Assembly: GCF_030684315.1 (NCBI RefSeq)
Contig: NC_081366.1
Location: 20,899,410 to 20,963,409, forward strand
Direction of reading: 5' to 3'
Length of the DNA stretch: 64,000 nucleotides
Origin: Stegostoma tigrinum
Lineage: Eukaryota
Positions within the stretch are counted from its first letter, which is position 1. Each line of letters begins with the position of its first letter. The notes below the pieces were generated by a model. It ran no database searches. It saw only the letters and a program-made list of their open reading frames with translations, and was not told the origin of the DNA. A program made the translations under genes and the position numbers. Of this stretch, positions 12,095-25,797 are shown piece after piece.

Positions 12095-15000
12095 CCACTG
12101 GCCATCTGTTTTGTGGTCGGAATTTCCTAGCCCCATCAGGCAGAAATAGACAAGAAAAGAGAAAAGCCCAATTACGTGGTCAGATGTCCTACCTCTGTTC
12201 TGTTGTCCCCTATATTCCAGTGGTGGTGGATGTGCCGGTGGTGGAACGGCTCTGCACAGTTCCCCAAAATTGCCCAAAAAGCCAATTAAACTCACTATGG
12301 GCTTCTTACATTTTCAAATGTTTCTGGACAGAAACAAATGTTTAAGCCACTGTCTGTGTCAGACCAACTGAATGAGTGTGAGCACCATGCCCGTGGCATA
12401 TCAGGGAAGCAGAAGGAATTGTAAAAAGGGAAATGAAAATACTTTACAATGTTTAAATCACATGGGTATCATTGCAGCAGTCCATCAGAAGTCAGTGGAG
12501 AGGCTGGAATGAAGAATTTTGCCAATTCAGATCATCATCACCTCCTGGGCATAATGTAGACATTACAAGCAGTGAGCATAATCATCTAGACTCCAACTAA
12601 GCAACAGGAAGTCTGCAGCTGGAAATAGGTGCTGCAGCCACAGTGTGTTAGGCTGTAGAGATAAAGCAAACCAACCCGCACATGAAGGTCAAAACATTGA
12701 GCCTCTAGAGTCCAAAATAGACTAAAGAGAGTCACATAGGTGAAAGATGCATTAATGGAAGCACAGAATCTGTAGTCAGATGCAAATGGATATAACTAGA
12801 AGGAGCCTGTTGGTGCTTTCATCAGTGTGGATCTGTGTAACAGCTCACAGGCAGTACACATCAGTGCTTCACCTAGGTGACAGATGCCTTCTTTACCAAT
12901 GCTGAACAACACACCAGCCTGCCCACTGATGAGACAACACAGGCTCAGGGGTATTGGATTTGGTGCTTGGTGCAGTCACCTAAAGCCCTGCATTACTTTT
13001 CTGCATCGGTGTTCGGCAATGTGTTAGTCTTCTGTGCTCCATTACATGGTGTACCAGAAAGATAAAGACTTTGAGGGCAGTGAGGCAAAGGACAGGTCAC
13101 TGGGGCAGGGGCACGGAGTGAGACAGGAGGAGGAACGAGAGGCAGACAGAGATTTCACTGAACAAAAGGGTGTCTCTAATGCATGATAACATGATCTCTG
13201 CTTTCTGCCCTCCCAGAGGAAGACTTCCTTCCTCTCTTTGTGGATGTAGGTCTTGGGTTCCCCGTGACATCTCAGGTCGATATAGTTCAGCACAACCAGC
13301 AATCTTGGTGATGGCTGCCTTCAGTGTTTGAAACTCGCCTCCATTCATGATTCCATTAGCTTTAATAAGACAGGAAACCCGTCTCCACAAAATTTAAGAG
13401 TTCATCTTAAGGAAAGTAAAGAACGCAGTCAGTGAGTTTCTGACACAAAATTATATGTGACTTCTCATTTCTGTCTTCAAGAGGAAAATCATGATCTTGT
13501 GTACTGTTGCACGCATTATTTCTCATCATTCTTCTGCAGCTTTTGTTACAATTGCTGTACCAACACCGTGACGGAGCAAAACCTTTCACCAGAAGTCCCT
13601 GTTCATTTGGCTATCATGCAAGCCTTTACTGGTGTTATAAGTATTTTTAGAAGTCCAGACATGCAGCAATGGATAATTGTGCAACACTTCAACATATTTT
13701 ACCATCTTTGTGTGTTGCTGCTGTTTTATTGTTAATGGGGATTTGCCTGCCTGTGTCTCTATCTCATTAGGCTGTATTGGTTGTAGGTGCAGAATTATTT
13801 GTCTTCATGAAAATTCCAGGAGATGACAAATTCTACCCACAAGTGGCTGGTAGACTTATTAAAAATTGAGGGAGAGGAATGTGATTTTTTCATTGTGAAA
13901 CAGGGCTTGGTTGCCTCAGCATAAATGGGACACCATTAACATTGCTCCTCGAAACAAAAACTGTGTACAGAGCTCCTGGAAGGAAAACTTATAGTTTTCT
14001 AAGTGTGAGCACGAGCCTCCTGATGTTCCAATGAGTGGCTCAGTGTGAGCAGGATTATATTGTACAAACATAAGTTTGTCTTAATCAGTGGGGGAAGCTT
14101 TCTGTCACACTCAGAATGCAGATCTTAACCCATGATATTCAAACTGGTGAGCCTATTCTGACACATTTCAGCAACACATATTACTTCTTGCAGTCTCATA
14201 TGGTCTTGTTAGCCTAGTAAGTTGAAAATGTGGTTTAGGAAGCAAGTTCCTATTTGAATTCTGTTGGAAATGTTATCCAATACTGTGCCAGGCAATTGAA
14301 AGTGGTCTCATAGGTGTCAGCAGCTATGCACAAAAGAAATTGCAAATAATGACAATTGAAAACTAGGGATTTATAATTGGATGGATTTGCTTGTACTGAG
14401 TTCCTATGCCGTTTCATTTTCTTTTTAAATGAACATGTTCCTTTGTTCCTTCTTATCATGAGACTTTTTTATTAATATTACAAATTGTTCCAAACATTTT
14501 GCATGCCTGACTGATGGTCCTGCTGTCAAGAAATTTTGTTGTAATGACACACTAAAGGAACAATCTTTCACAATTGGACTATGTGCCGCATAATTCTTTG
14601 TCCCTGACTGTACCTTGTTACTCAGCTTGTTTCACAATCTGCCAATGTCAATAACAGTGTGTGCCTTGCAGGTCAATATTATCTGTCTCAACCTATGCTT
14701 CTCCACATAGCCTTATCAATGACTGTGCATGCTGAGTAGCCCTATAAGTGTATACTTCTGTTTCACCACCCAGCTCCACAAGGACAGTGGTCACATTCCT
14801 GGCTTGCCTTATACAGGCAAGCATTTCATCATTGGACTGTTCATGGCAGTATACATGCTGGTGGCCAGCCCAGTTATTCCATCAGAAAATACTCGCAGTG
14901 CATATCTACCAATTGGACCGTGGGTCTCATTGTCTTGTTGACCTCGAATCTCATTGCTTGGCCTTGCACATCTAAGTATGCGTGAGCCATATCAATCTCA

Positions 15001-15149
15001 ATACCAAGATCTGCCTCTATCAATATGCCCCTTAACCTTGTGTTCATTATTTGCCAATATTTAGTACAGCTTGCAATTCATAACGCTCTCAGTCTCAAAC
15101 TCCATGTTGTAACAAGAAGTGAGAAGACCGCAGCTCAATAATTCATACA

Positions 15150-15355
15150 TTTTTTTGTATTTATACATGGGATATGGGCATCGCTGGCTAGGCCAGCATT
15201 TATTGCCCTTCTGTAGTCGCTGTTGAGAAGGTGGTGGTGAGCTACCTTCTTGACTGCTGCCTTCCAGTTATTGTAGGTAGACCCACAATACTGTTATGGA
15301 GGGAGTTCCAAGATTTTGATTCAGAGACACTGCAGAAGCAGTAATATATTTTTAT
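15150..15355 (-). mobile_element. LINE 3' end fragment (second CR1/L2-clade family)
   Basis: ggcatcgctggctaggccagcatttattgccc...gagaaggtggtggtgagc is the reverse complement of the tail at 33800-33900 and 57940-58000. Confidence 0.7.
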
Positions 15356-15712
15356 GTTGAGTTGCTTCAAAATGAATGTCCTTTGAAGTGCCTTCTGGAT
15401 CTTAAACTGAAAAATTTCTTACAAAAAATAAAAGGAAGCTGCTTTATCGGACTGTTTTAAGAAATTCAGTGGGTGCTGGAGTTAATTTTTGTACTGCGAA
15501 CAATGCTAACTGCAATGGAAGAATGTCACATGACTCAATGCCAAGTGAATGAAACATAATGGAAAGTTGAGATTACCAAAGTTAATTCATGTAAAATCTC
15601 CATTCTGTCATCAATACAAGCACCCATTTTTTAACTAAAGTAAGCCATTTGTCTTTTTTTAAGTTAGTTGAAACATATATCATTACTCTTTGACCTAATA
15701 TTTCAGAAGGAC

Positions 15713-15804
15713 TTTTCTGATGAAGGGTCTAGGCCTGAAACGTCAGCTTTTGTGCTCCTAAAATGCTGCTTGGCCTGCTGTGTTCATCCAGCTCCACACT
15801 TAGT
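15713..15804 (+). mobile_element. Short family A Penelope-derived element
   Basis: 14-bp flanking direct repeat tatttcagaaggac (15699-15712 / 15805-15818). The element begins 4 nt before the ribozyme core. Confidence 0.9.
15717..15744 (+). ncRNA. Minimal hammerhead ribozyme motif
   Basis: CTGATGA-A-GGGTC-TA-GGCCT-GAAA-CG-TC. The core is intact, with a G-U closing pair in stem II. Confidence 0.65.
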
Positions 15805-16503
15805 TATTTCAGAAGGACACTATGTATTACAATTTTCACATAGTATGTATTTGGTTTCGCATGACTGTTAGTCACTAAAGGTTAGATGCCACAATGACAC
15901 AGTGAATTTCTCCTTCTAAGTACATATGAAATGCTGTGTTTATACGGTACGTTCCTCCAGCTCATCACTTTCAGTAAATGTCAAGGTAGCCTAGGAAAGA
16001 AATCAATGCAACCCAATTGATCTGTTGATCCTAAATCATCTGTAATATAAGATGGTAACATAATAGTTTATGTAAAATAAATAGACAAATCTACAGCACT
16101 ATGGTATATCTGCATGCCATCTGTACAATGTAAGATGTCTTTAAAGATGTGTTTCATTCTTGAGACATCTTGCCCTAATATAGTTAGCTTACAGTTGAGT
16201 TTCATGTCCTTAAAAATTGTGGTACCAAATTGATGATGCTTGGTGTAAAGTTCAAGCAATAAGTAAGCAGTTTAATTGGACCCAAGAACCTTGAATACTA
16301 TGTATTAAGAAATTCACTTGAGATTTCAAGCCTGGCTCCAGGGATTTCAGGACAAACCTTACATTGACTGTCCACTGTGATACTGAGAAAGTGCTGCACT
16401 GGTACGGTACAGTTACAAGTCTTTGATTACTGAGAGATCAATGACGACATGATAGATTTTGCACAACGTTTCATCACTTGTCACAAGCAGCTCTGTTTTC
16501 TTG

Positions 16504-16665
16504 GCTAACAAAGTGTAGAGCTGGATGAACGCAGCTTGTTATCTCAGAAGAAGGTCTAGGTCCGAAATATCAGCCTTCCTGCCCTTCTGATGCTGCTTGG
16601 CCAGCTGTGTTCATCCAGCTCTACACCTTGTTATCTCAGATTTTCCAGCATCTGCAGTTCCTACT
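16504..16665 (+). mobile_element. Family A Penelope-derived element with short inverted 5' arm
   Basis: 15-bp flanking direct repeat agctctgttttcttg (16489-16503 / 16666-16680). Degenerate ribozyme cagaagaaggtctaggtccgaaatatc. Confidence 0.85.
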
Positions 16666-17189
16666 AGCTCTGTTTTCTTGTCCTTTCCTTTGTTTTTGTT
16701 TCACAAAAGAGATTTTAATAAGTTTATGTCAAGTCTGTCCTCATGTTTTATGATCCAGGCAGTTTACATGCCATTTGGTAGGCCTATCTGTGTTCTTGGC
16801 CCTGAATCAAAGCAATCACTGTGTGTTTGAAGTACTCGCTAAGTTGCAAAAGAAAGTACCAGGCAGAGAACTGCTAACCCAAGAGTAAAACTTTGTGCAA
16901 AAGCATGCTTGTCAAAAAAAGATCAATTCCAGGGGGAATATAGAAGTTTCTCCATTACAAAGGGGCTGCATAAAATTTTGGAGCTTGGTGCTGTGTTCTA
17001 TGATTCTGACTTGAACAGAGCAGGATTATAAGAGTTACATTCAAACTTTCACAATTTCTAAAAGATCAAAAGACTTCCATTTGTATAACATTGATGTCAA
17101 CAGAACTGCTTTACAATGAAATGCTTTGAAATACCATTGTAAATAAGAATTCTAAAAAGCAAAAATTGTTTCAAAATGTGTTCTACAAT

Positions 17190-17515
17190 GTATAGTGGAT
17201 AAACAGAGAACCTGCTTCTTCTGGGAAAATCCAGAACAAGGTGCACATTCTTAAAGTCAGAACAATGGAATTCAAGATCAAGATCAAAAAGTATCTTTTC
17301 ACTCCAAGCAGAGGTGAAGAGGTGGAATTATTGACCACAAAAGGCTGTGATAGCTGGATCAATTGAAATTTTCAAGACTGTGATCGAAGTATGGGTCTCA
17401 GAGGATTTAGATCAAAAGTAAATAAATGTGATTTGAAGAACAGATCAGACATGATTTAATTGGAAGTGGAACAGGCTCAAAGTGCTGTATGGTCTACACC
17501 TGCTCCTATGGCTAA
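17190..17515 (+). mobile_element. Degraded CR1 3' end
   Basis: Same organisation as 8400-8700 (ccagaacaagg...aaggctgtg...gatcagacatgatttaattg...caggctc...tacacctgctcctatg). Confidence 0.6.
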
Positions 17516-17649
17516 AGGATTTAACAATTTCTATTCCTTTCTACTGAATATTTTTTCTTATCCAGGCATTCTCAATACACTGTTAGTAGAAGCAGATTGC
17601 GTGCTGAGGGATACGTTGTTCGGGAAAGGGACAGCCTGGGTTTGAATTC

Positions 17650-18905
17650 TTTCAGAATTGGTCAGTTAAGAAAAATCTAAATTGGAACCTATTAATGTAC
17701 TACTGATAGATTTCCAGAAAACATTTGACAAAATGCAGCCCCCACAGGTTACTGTGCAAAATAAGAGCTCATAGTGTAGGGAGAAACACATTAGCATGCA
17801 TTGAGGATTAGTAAGCTAACAAGAAACAGAGCGTGGACAAAAATGTGTAATTTCCTGGTTGATAAGATGCAGTAAGTGGAGTACTCCTGAGATGCTGCTT
17901 GGCCTGCTATGTTCATCCAGCTTCACACTTTGTTATCTTGGAGTACCACAGGGATCAGTGCTGGAGCCTCGACTATTCAAAGCTAAATTAGTAAGTTGGA
18001 AGAAGAAACAAAACGTGTAATTGCTAACTTTGCTGATGACACAAAGATAAATAGGAAACTAAGTTACGAAGAGGACATAAAGCATCATCAAAGATATATA
18101 AAATGGGTGGGTAAATGTTTGGCAGATGGTGTATAATTTAGGAGATTGTGAACTTGTCCACTTTGGCAGAATGAATAGAAAAGTAGGATACTATTTCAGT
18201 CAAAAGGGATAGTAGAACTCTTGAGTAAAACAGGCATCTTGGTATCATGGTACGTGAATCATATAAGTGCAACTAGTGATGAGGTAGGTAAGAAGAATTT
18301 GGTCATTTGTGGAAGGGGAATAAACATGGGAATGTTTTGCTACAGCTGTACATTGTGGGCTAAACTACAATTGGAATATAGTGTACAATTTTGGCCTAAT
18401 ATGTAAGGAAGGCTATTAAGGTGTAGTAACCAGTTCACAGAAGTTTCAATCAACTGATACCTGTGATATCTTACGGAGAAAGGTTGTGCCAGTACCTATT
18501 GCAAACTGGAAAAATAACTAATAATATTTTAAGCACACATAAGATCCTGTAGGGATATGACAGAGTGGATACTAAAAGGATTGTTTCCCATGGGAGAGCA
18601 AATTAGACTGGAGGACACAGTTTAAAAGTAAAGGGTCTCCCATTTATGGTGGAGATGAATCTTCTGAGTCTGTAGAAGTCTTTTTCCACAGTGCAGCGAA
18701 GGTTAGTTCATTGAATTTGTTAAGGTGACGGTAGATAGATTCTTAACTGATAATGAAGTCAAATGTTATCGGGGTAGTTGGGAATGTGGGGGCTGAGTTT
18801 GCGAACAGTTCATCCATGAATTATTCAGTAATGGAGCTCGCTCAAGGGCTTAAAAGACCTACTCCTTTTTGTAATTTGTATGTTTGTAATGTATGTTCCT
18901 ATATG
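17650..18905 (+). mobile_element. Decayed CR1 LINE RT fragment to 3' end
   Basis: Motifs DFQKTFDK, SGVPQGSVLEP (split by an insertion), FADDTK and QLEYSVQFWP. Confidence 0.85.
17885..17938 (+). mobile_element. Tiny family A fragment nested in the CR1 GVPQG motif
   Basis: 8-bp flanking direct repeat tggagtac (17877-17884 / 17939-17946). Confidence 0.85.
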
Positions 18906-20319
18906 TGAATATTTGTGGCTAAATCTCCATGAAATAGAATGACAGCACTGCACTGTCAGGGCTGGACCAAGGTACTGCAATGTTTACTTTTTACACTGCA
19001 TTAAATTTGCGAGAGTGCAATGCATTAGGTTTGCAGGAACCAAATATTTATGTTGAGATCAGTTTGAAAACACAAGGAAGGAATAATTCTGTGAGCAACA
19101 ATTTTCATAAAACCGCATTTATGTGATGTCATCAGTTAAATTTGTTTTAAAATTGTATTGTAAATGTCTTATGCAAAGCATTTTGCGGCTGTTGATTTCA
19201 ATTTTGTTCTCACATTTGTACAATACAATTAGTTTGCACGGCTCAGTAGTTCCATCACCATTTATCTGCTGATGGTCATAATGAAAGATTTCAGCATGGT
19301 TTAAGCTGCATGAAAGGCCTTGTGCTTTAATCAGCTTTCTGTCCACTATTCCAACATAAAACATATTAAAGGCATTGCTACAGAATATCCAAACCAGCCT
19401 GAAAACATATTTACAGAAGTTTTTTTTGAAGGCCAACAAGTAGATGCAATGCCGCACAGCCTGGCCAGCTATACAACATATACACACAAAATAATAAATG
19501 AGGCAGGAATAGCACAGTGCTGTACAGGGGGTAATAAAAATCTACACAAGTCAGTATGGCATCATCTTTTTTCATTTCACTGTTGTTAGTTAAGCACCGT
19601 TATCATCTGGCAAAAATACCCAACTTTTCAGTGAAAATTCTTCATTAACCCAACACAGATAGAGAGTAAAATTTTGTAATAACATTATATTCACCTAAAT
19701 TTACTGATGTGTCCAGAGACAAACAAATCAGATAAACACATAAGTTGCAGCCTTTGGCATTCTGCGTGAACGAATTTTCAGTTATGTAGTGGCTAAATTA
19801 TTCAATCACTTTGTCATCTTCTTGCATTTCTATGATATTGTAAGGTCAATTTGGAAAAGCTTATTCCCCACAGAGTTCACAAATTTAAAACAAAAACATT
19901 GAGTGGAGGCCGTTTACAGAAGACAATTTATCTAGCTTCAGAGAGATCTGCATGAAAATGATTAGACGCCATCATTGATGAAATTTATTTTTTAATCATT
20001 TCCTACAAACATGGCAATGTTCAGTTTGTAATTCTTGAAAATTGGAATTGATGGACCTTTGCAAGCCTAGTTGGAACAGTTAACTTTTCACTTAAGCCAG
20101 TAAATTGAGTGCAGGCTGTTTATTTCTGTGGGGATATATTGAAATAATTCTGCTCTTCATTTAAAACAAGATGAGTGTTTCATCATCAAAAAACTTGAGT
20201 TATGATTCAGGTGATATGGTATTTCAGCAACTTGATAATAATTCACAATATTACTAGAGGTAGCAGTTGTGAACTGGGCAATGAACAGCTTAAAAAACAA
20301 AGTGATAGGGTATTGAAAC

Positions 20320-20776
20320 AGATTACAATATATGGAATAGATGTTCTCATTGCAGTTTAGAAGAATGAGAGGTTGAAACATAAGAGGGTTGACAAGGTAA
20401 ATGATGAGAAGATGTTTCAGCTTGTAGGAGAGTCTAAACTTGGAATAGAGTGAGATGAGGTGTGTAGTTTAAAACTGAGCTGAAGAGGAATTTCTTCTCT
20501 CAGAGCATTGTGAGTTTTGTAGTACCTTGCCACAGATAGCTGGGTGAAAACAAGTTTTCCTGAAATCGGTCCTGCCTTTCACTTTAAAAGTGGCTGAGTT
20601 TTTGTGTATATTGAAGGGTGAGATAGATTGTAAATTGGTCGGGGAATCAAGGGTTACATGGGAAGGGCAGGAATGCGGACATGAGGAATGTTGGATGAAC
20701 AATTATCCTATTAAATGGCAGAGCAAGATTTAGGTCAGATGGCTTAGTCCTGTTCCTCTTTCTTATAGTCTTATGG
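20320..20776 (+). mobile_element. Degraded CR1 3' end
   Basis: gagtttagaagaatgagagg-like start, then gaggaatttcttctctcagag and a tail tcctgttcctctttcttatagtcttatg. Confidence 0.7.
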
Positions 20777-21419
20777 GGATGAACGCAGGAGATTCCACAG
20801 ACATCTTCTCACCAACATATACACCGAGAAAATGCACAGACTGAACGCAAGTTAAGATATTTTGTGATGCTGACTTTGTCTGTGCACTGTATTTGTATTT
20901 CATTGTCTTTTAGATTTTGCCCCGGATATTCTTACTGGAAATCAATAAGCACTTAATTGGAAAGAGGCGTAAGATGTCAAGGGCTCTTTGAACATTCTTT
21001 TGTGGTTCAAAGGGATGAAAATGTGTAATGATTGTCAGCACCTATGTTTTTTCCTTATGAATGCTTCAGATGAAATCCTACGTACAAATGGCATTTCAAC
21101 AAAAATATCACATGGACTTGATGAAATCGGGTATTTAAATTTTGAGTGGAGGTAACCCACTAACAAACAAACCAAATCATTATTAATGAAAAAATGCACA
21201 TGACGGTTTTTAAATATGCTCATAAGATTTGGATGATGTTTTCAGGGTATTTTTGACTGTTTCTCCATAGTTGCAATTACCAGGTGATCATATTTCTTCT
21301 ATGTGAACTGTTGCAGTTCCTGTGGTAATGGTGCCTTTATTACTTCTCTGATTCTTTCATGAAATGTGAATGTTGCTGGCTATGTCAGCATTTTGTCTAC
21401 TGCTATTTACCTTTGCAAA

Positions 21420-21690
21420 GTTGTCAATAATAAGGGGGTATAATTTTAAAGTGAAAGGCTGGAATAATTTCAGGTAAACATTTTTTCACCCAGAGGGTTG
21501 TGGGAATCTGGCATTCATTGACTGGGTGGCCAGCAGAGGCAGGACCCCAAACAACCTTTAAAAAAACATACATAGATGAGCTCTTGAAATGTCATAAATC
21601 AAGGCTATGGACTATGTGCTAAAAAGTGGAATTAGTGTTGATAAGTCAGTACAGACTTAATGGGCTGAAGGACTTTTCTTGAATGAATTT
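21420..21690 (+). mobile_element. Degraded CR1 3' end
   Basis: tttttcacccagagggttgtgggaatctgg...tgggctgaagg matches the CR1 3' region of other copies. Confidence 0.65.
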
Positions 21691-21789
21691 TCGAGTTGGT
21701 GTATGGCAAACTAGTCAGGTGGGCTGTTTATCCTGGATAGTGCCAAGTTTCTTTCATTACAGAATTATATCATCATAAAATTAAGTAAT

Positions 21790-22021
21790 TGCAGTGATAT
21801 GAACCAAGGCCAGGTACAATGCATTGACAATGAGATCCTCAACTGAGGTTGCTAACCTGGGCCAATCAGGGAGCTCTGGCTGACAGATATAAACAGGGGT
21901 TTAGCAGGACTCCACAGTCCAGGGACTGGCTTTCAGCTGGCTGGTCTGAGCCCACGTACTGTGGACATGTAAACAAAGGGTGACATGGTGACAAGAATCT
22001 GGCCTCTGCACAATTATTTCA
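21790..22021 (+). mobile_element. Probable solo LTR (about 232 bp)
   Basis: TG...CA termini with near-matching 5-bp flanks gtaat/gtaag. Internally a CCAAT box (gccaatcag), a TATA-like gatataaa and a decayed polyA signal (taaacaaa) occur in LTR order. Confidence 0.6.
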
Positions 22022-25000
22022 GTAAGGAATTGCAGTCTGTTAATCCAACAGTGATGAAGAAAGAGTGATAAAAATATCCATGAATCTTACAATATTTGGA
22101 GGGGAACTGTGAATTGATGGTATAATATTGCTGCTGTTAGGCTTTAGAGTTTACAGGCACAGAGGTGCTATTGAAATAATCTTGATGTCGCAGGTCAATG
22201 TGCAGATTGTACATGCTGATAAAACACTGCATCACCACAGGATTTTCCCTTTGATTCTCCTTGACCAATGTTTCTGAGGCTTCTTAGTTCCATAAATGAT
22301 CAGCTACTTACTTTACGCGGAGGTAGCTCATAATCTTAGCTTTCCTTTTGGCATTTACCTTTTGTTTCCATTTTCAGTTCAAGATATTCATGAAGTGTGG
22401 AGCGACTTGGCTCTGACATAACCTGAACTGAGCATTGATGAGCAGGTTATTAGCAAGTTGGTATTGCTTGATGGCACTATTGATAGCTTCTCTCATCAAC
22501 AGCTAAGTTGATGGATCACTAAATATTGTCGATTTGTCAAGCTTCCTATAAATTACGCACATTTTATCTTTGCATTGTTGCTAATCTACTACAATGCTCA
22601 CTAAATGAGAACAGTTTGGCAAGGGGCCTGCTAATTCTAATGCAGGGTCATTTTTGCACTTTGTGAGTTCTCTTTTGGTAGATGCGGTTATGAAAAGTTG
22701 TCAAAGATCATTCACCACCCCTATTTTAGCATTGTGATGCTGCATTAATTCCCTATATTGTCAATGATGTCTATACCCAACACATTTTCAAAGACTACCC
22801 ATTGCCCAGATGTTGACAGTTTCATATTATTGAGTTGCTTCTTAATATCTTGTGAAATGAAGTAAACTACATTGAACTGGCTGTGAACAGGCATGTCTGA
22901 TGGTGAAGACTTCAGGAAAAAGTTGGGGAGGTCATTAATTTTGCACATTTGGCAGAAGACACACTTGAGTCCCATCTCTTGTACTTACGTGCTGAGCAGC
23001 ACCATGTTTGAGGATGTCTGCATTCACAAAGCAATAACAAGTTATCTCATAATGACCAAAGCAATAGAACCAGAGCACGTAGACTGTGATTGAAGGATCT
23101 AAGATAACTAATGTGCAGATATAAGTGAGGGATCAATCAATGAAACAGGCTCCCCATAGAAATGTTGAAAACTACTTACCACTAGCATTTTCCTCATATC
23201 TGTGTCTGTTGTAAATGAATTGATAGAGGCTGATTGTCCATTATAGTTGAAACTCCAATAACCAAAATTGTAGATATTATGCCAGACGGACTTTGATCTC
23301 TTTTCACTCTGTCCCCCTTCTCTTTCCATTTCTTGCCTGTTTAACCATCCCTTGTCCAGGCAGTGTACCAAAACTTTGTTCTGATCTGCCAATAGGCACA
23401 CCATTTAGCTGTGTTGATAACCTGCTGCTTTTATGTTTCGCATCCAGGTAGCCCAGCACAGCAGTCTCCTTGGTTTTGAACCCATGACACTGTGTCTGAT
23501 GTTGCTCCAAGAGATTCTTCCCCATTGTACTGTGGTTGGTCTAACAGTTCCTTGGTGATAAAGAAGATAGTGAGAAGTAGCCATGAGATTATGAATATAG
23601 GTAAACAATTCTGCTACTATAATTACAAAGACATGGATGAGTCAAAATTGAAAGAAATAGGTAGTAAGAACATAAGACATAAGAGCAGTTGTTTAAAATG
23701 AAGGTGAAGTAAATGGGAATCAGTTGAGAGAAACAGGCAAGAAATTAAAGGAGAATCATTGACTTTCATGATCTATCTATTGATTTCATCTTCCATTTCT
23801 TTATAAAGATGGTTATGATTGGTTGGTATTCAGACCACAGTGAACATCTGTTAAGTGATTTGAAATGTGTGTAAAAATTTAACATTGATCAGTAAAAAAT
23901 GAAAACTGCAGATTTATTGCAGTTATCTACTTTTGTAATTCTAAAAGAGATTAATGTTCATAGTTTAATGTTTGTATTATACCTAAGTTTAGGATACAGT
24001 AAGTTCTTACTTAAAGTTGTGGTTGCAATTCCTGAACATTTCAACTTTTAGTGAAGCAATTTTAAGTTGAATCCTATGGCATCAACATTAAAAGTGGAGT
24101 TAGGTTCTGGACAGTCTTCTGTATCAGTAAAAAATTCAAAACACTATGTTCTGTAATTTCAGATATTTTATTCCTTCATTCAGAAATGAAATGGCTTTTA
24201 AAATAAAATGACATTTTAAATATCAAAGAAAAGAAAGTGACTTTCGAGCTACATCACTATACTACCTGCTCATTACCGATGCTGCACTCTGAACGTACCA
24301 TTGCTGCTAATCCTTCCCCTTGCTGACCCCACAGGCTGCAACCTGCATGGAGAGGTGCGGTGGTGCCGAAGAAACCACCAAGCTTAATCATGGCCAATGC
24401 CTGTTGACCACAAAGTGGGAAGAAAAGGTCAAGGCCCCACAACAAGTTAAGAGGAGCAGCCCCACCATGTTGTGAGGGTCATGGAAGTAGTGGTTTCAGT
24501 CAAGAAGGGGCATGCGACCACTTGAAGACAGCTGTCAAAAAGTTGCTATTAGGCAGAGGTGACAACATTGCCTGGATATGTATTGACTCAAGTAGGCAGC
24601 CTGAAGCCTGGTGAGTAAAGGCTCCATCCTGCTGCTGACCTGAGGCTTCAATGCCTCTGACGCCATGCTCAAGGAATAGGCTACAAGTCAGAGTGTCAGG
24701 AACAGGAAGAGACTGCACCTCAAGGCCAGGCACAGGGTGTTGCCTCAAATTGAACAAAAGGAGAAGCTGCTGTAGAACGGTACCTATCATGTGGGAAATG
24801 ATGTTAAAATGAATCTCGCAATGCTCAGTGATATTGTATGCTGCATTACCAACAAGAAAGTAAAACGGTGTTAAATGGGGCAACTTTAATTGACGACTTA
24901 GAGTACTGGATACAATTCTATATAATGAATAAATCATGTAGAAAGTGAAAGCACAAACAAAAGCAGCAATTTCAATAGTTTTGTAAAATGTGGCTGTCAA

Positions 25001-25797
25001 AGGAACCAGTAGACATAAGACCACTTACTGCATGCGTACAAGGGTTTACACGTCTTGTACAAATTTCTTCCCCTGCTGCTGAACAACTGAAGCCCAGGGA
25101 GAGAAAATATAACATTGGAGGTAGGTTTTCAAAACCAATTCATATGTTATTCATTGCAATAATGAATTGTAGGTATCACTGGCACGAACCTCAAATTTTT
25201 GTTACATTTTAAGTGTACTTCAGGCAGATACAGTGAAAATGTTTCATTTCCAAACTTGTGCTGGGGTTTTCACCGTCAGTCCTGGGGAAGAAGTCCTGAT
25301 ACACCATTTCCATTCGGCCTTCAGATTCCTGGCTGCAAAGCAGGAAGCTAATTTCCCCATATCTGCTGGGTTGAGGGCAAGCGTCAAGAGCCATGCAGCA
25401 GCAATGGAGTGATGGTGGGCTTTACAAATGCAGCAGGCTCAAGGAATGCCAGTTAATTCCCAGATATTCCAGCAGTGGCAACTTGTTCTAGGAAGACTGC
25501 GTGGTCAGACTGTGCTAGAATTGTATGTGAGAAATATCTAGGGGTGGGCTAGATTGTTAATGAGGTGAGTTTGATAAAATATGATGAGAAAACCCATTGG
25601 ACCTCATGTTGAAAAACTTTCCAACAGATGATGTGGCTCACACTTTACAAAAACAAAACATATTATTCGACCACAGTTTTTGTTTAATCATATTTAAATG
25701 TAAAGTCCCTACTATATCTCTTTCAGATCCCTTTCATAGTCTTAATGTTTAGGTTTCAACCTGAGTTGGGGTGTTTGTACCGTCATACATACCAAAT

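Noticed and set aside
24500-25024. Longest ORF (174 aa, minus strand)
   Set aside because: No recognisable domain or splice context, and it straddles AT-rich and probable repeat-derived sequence.
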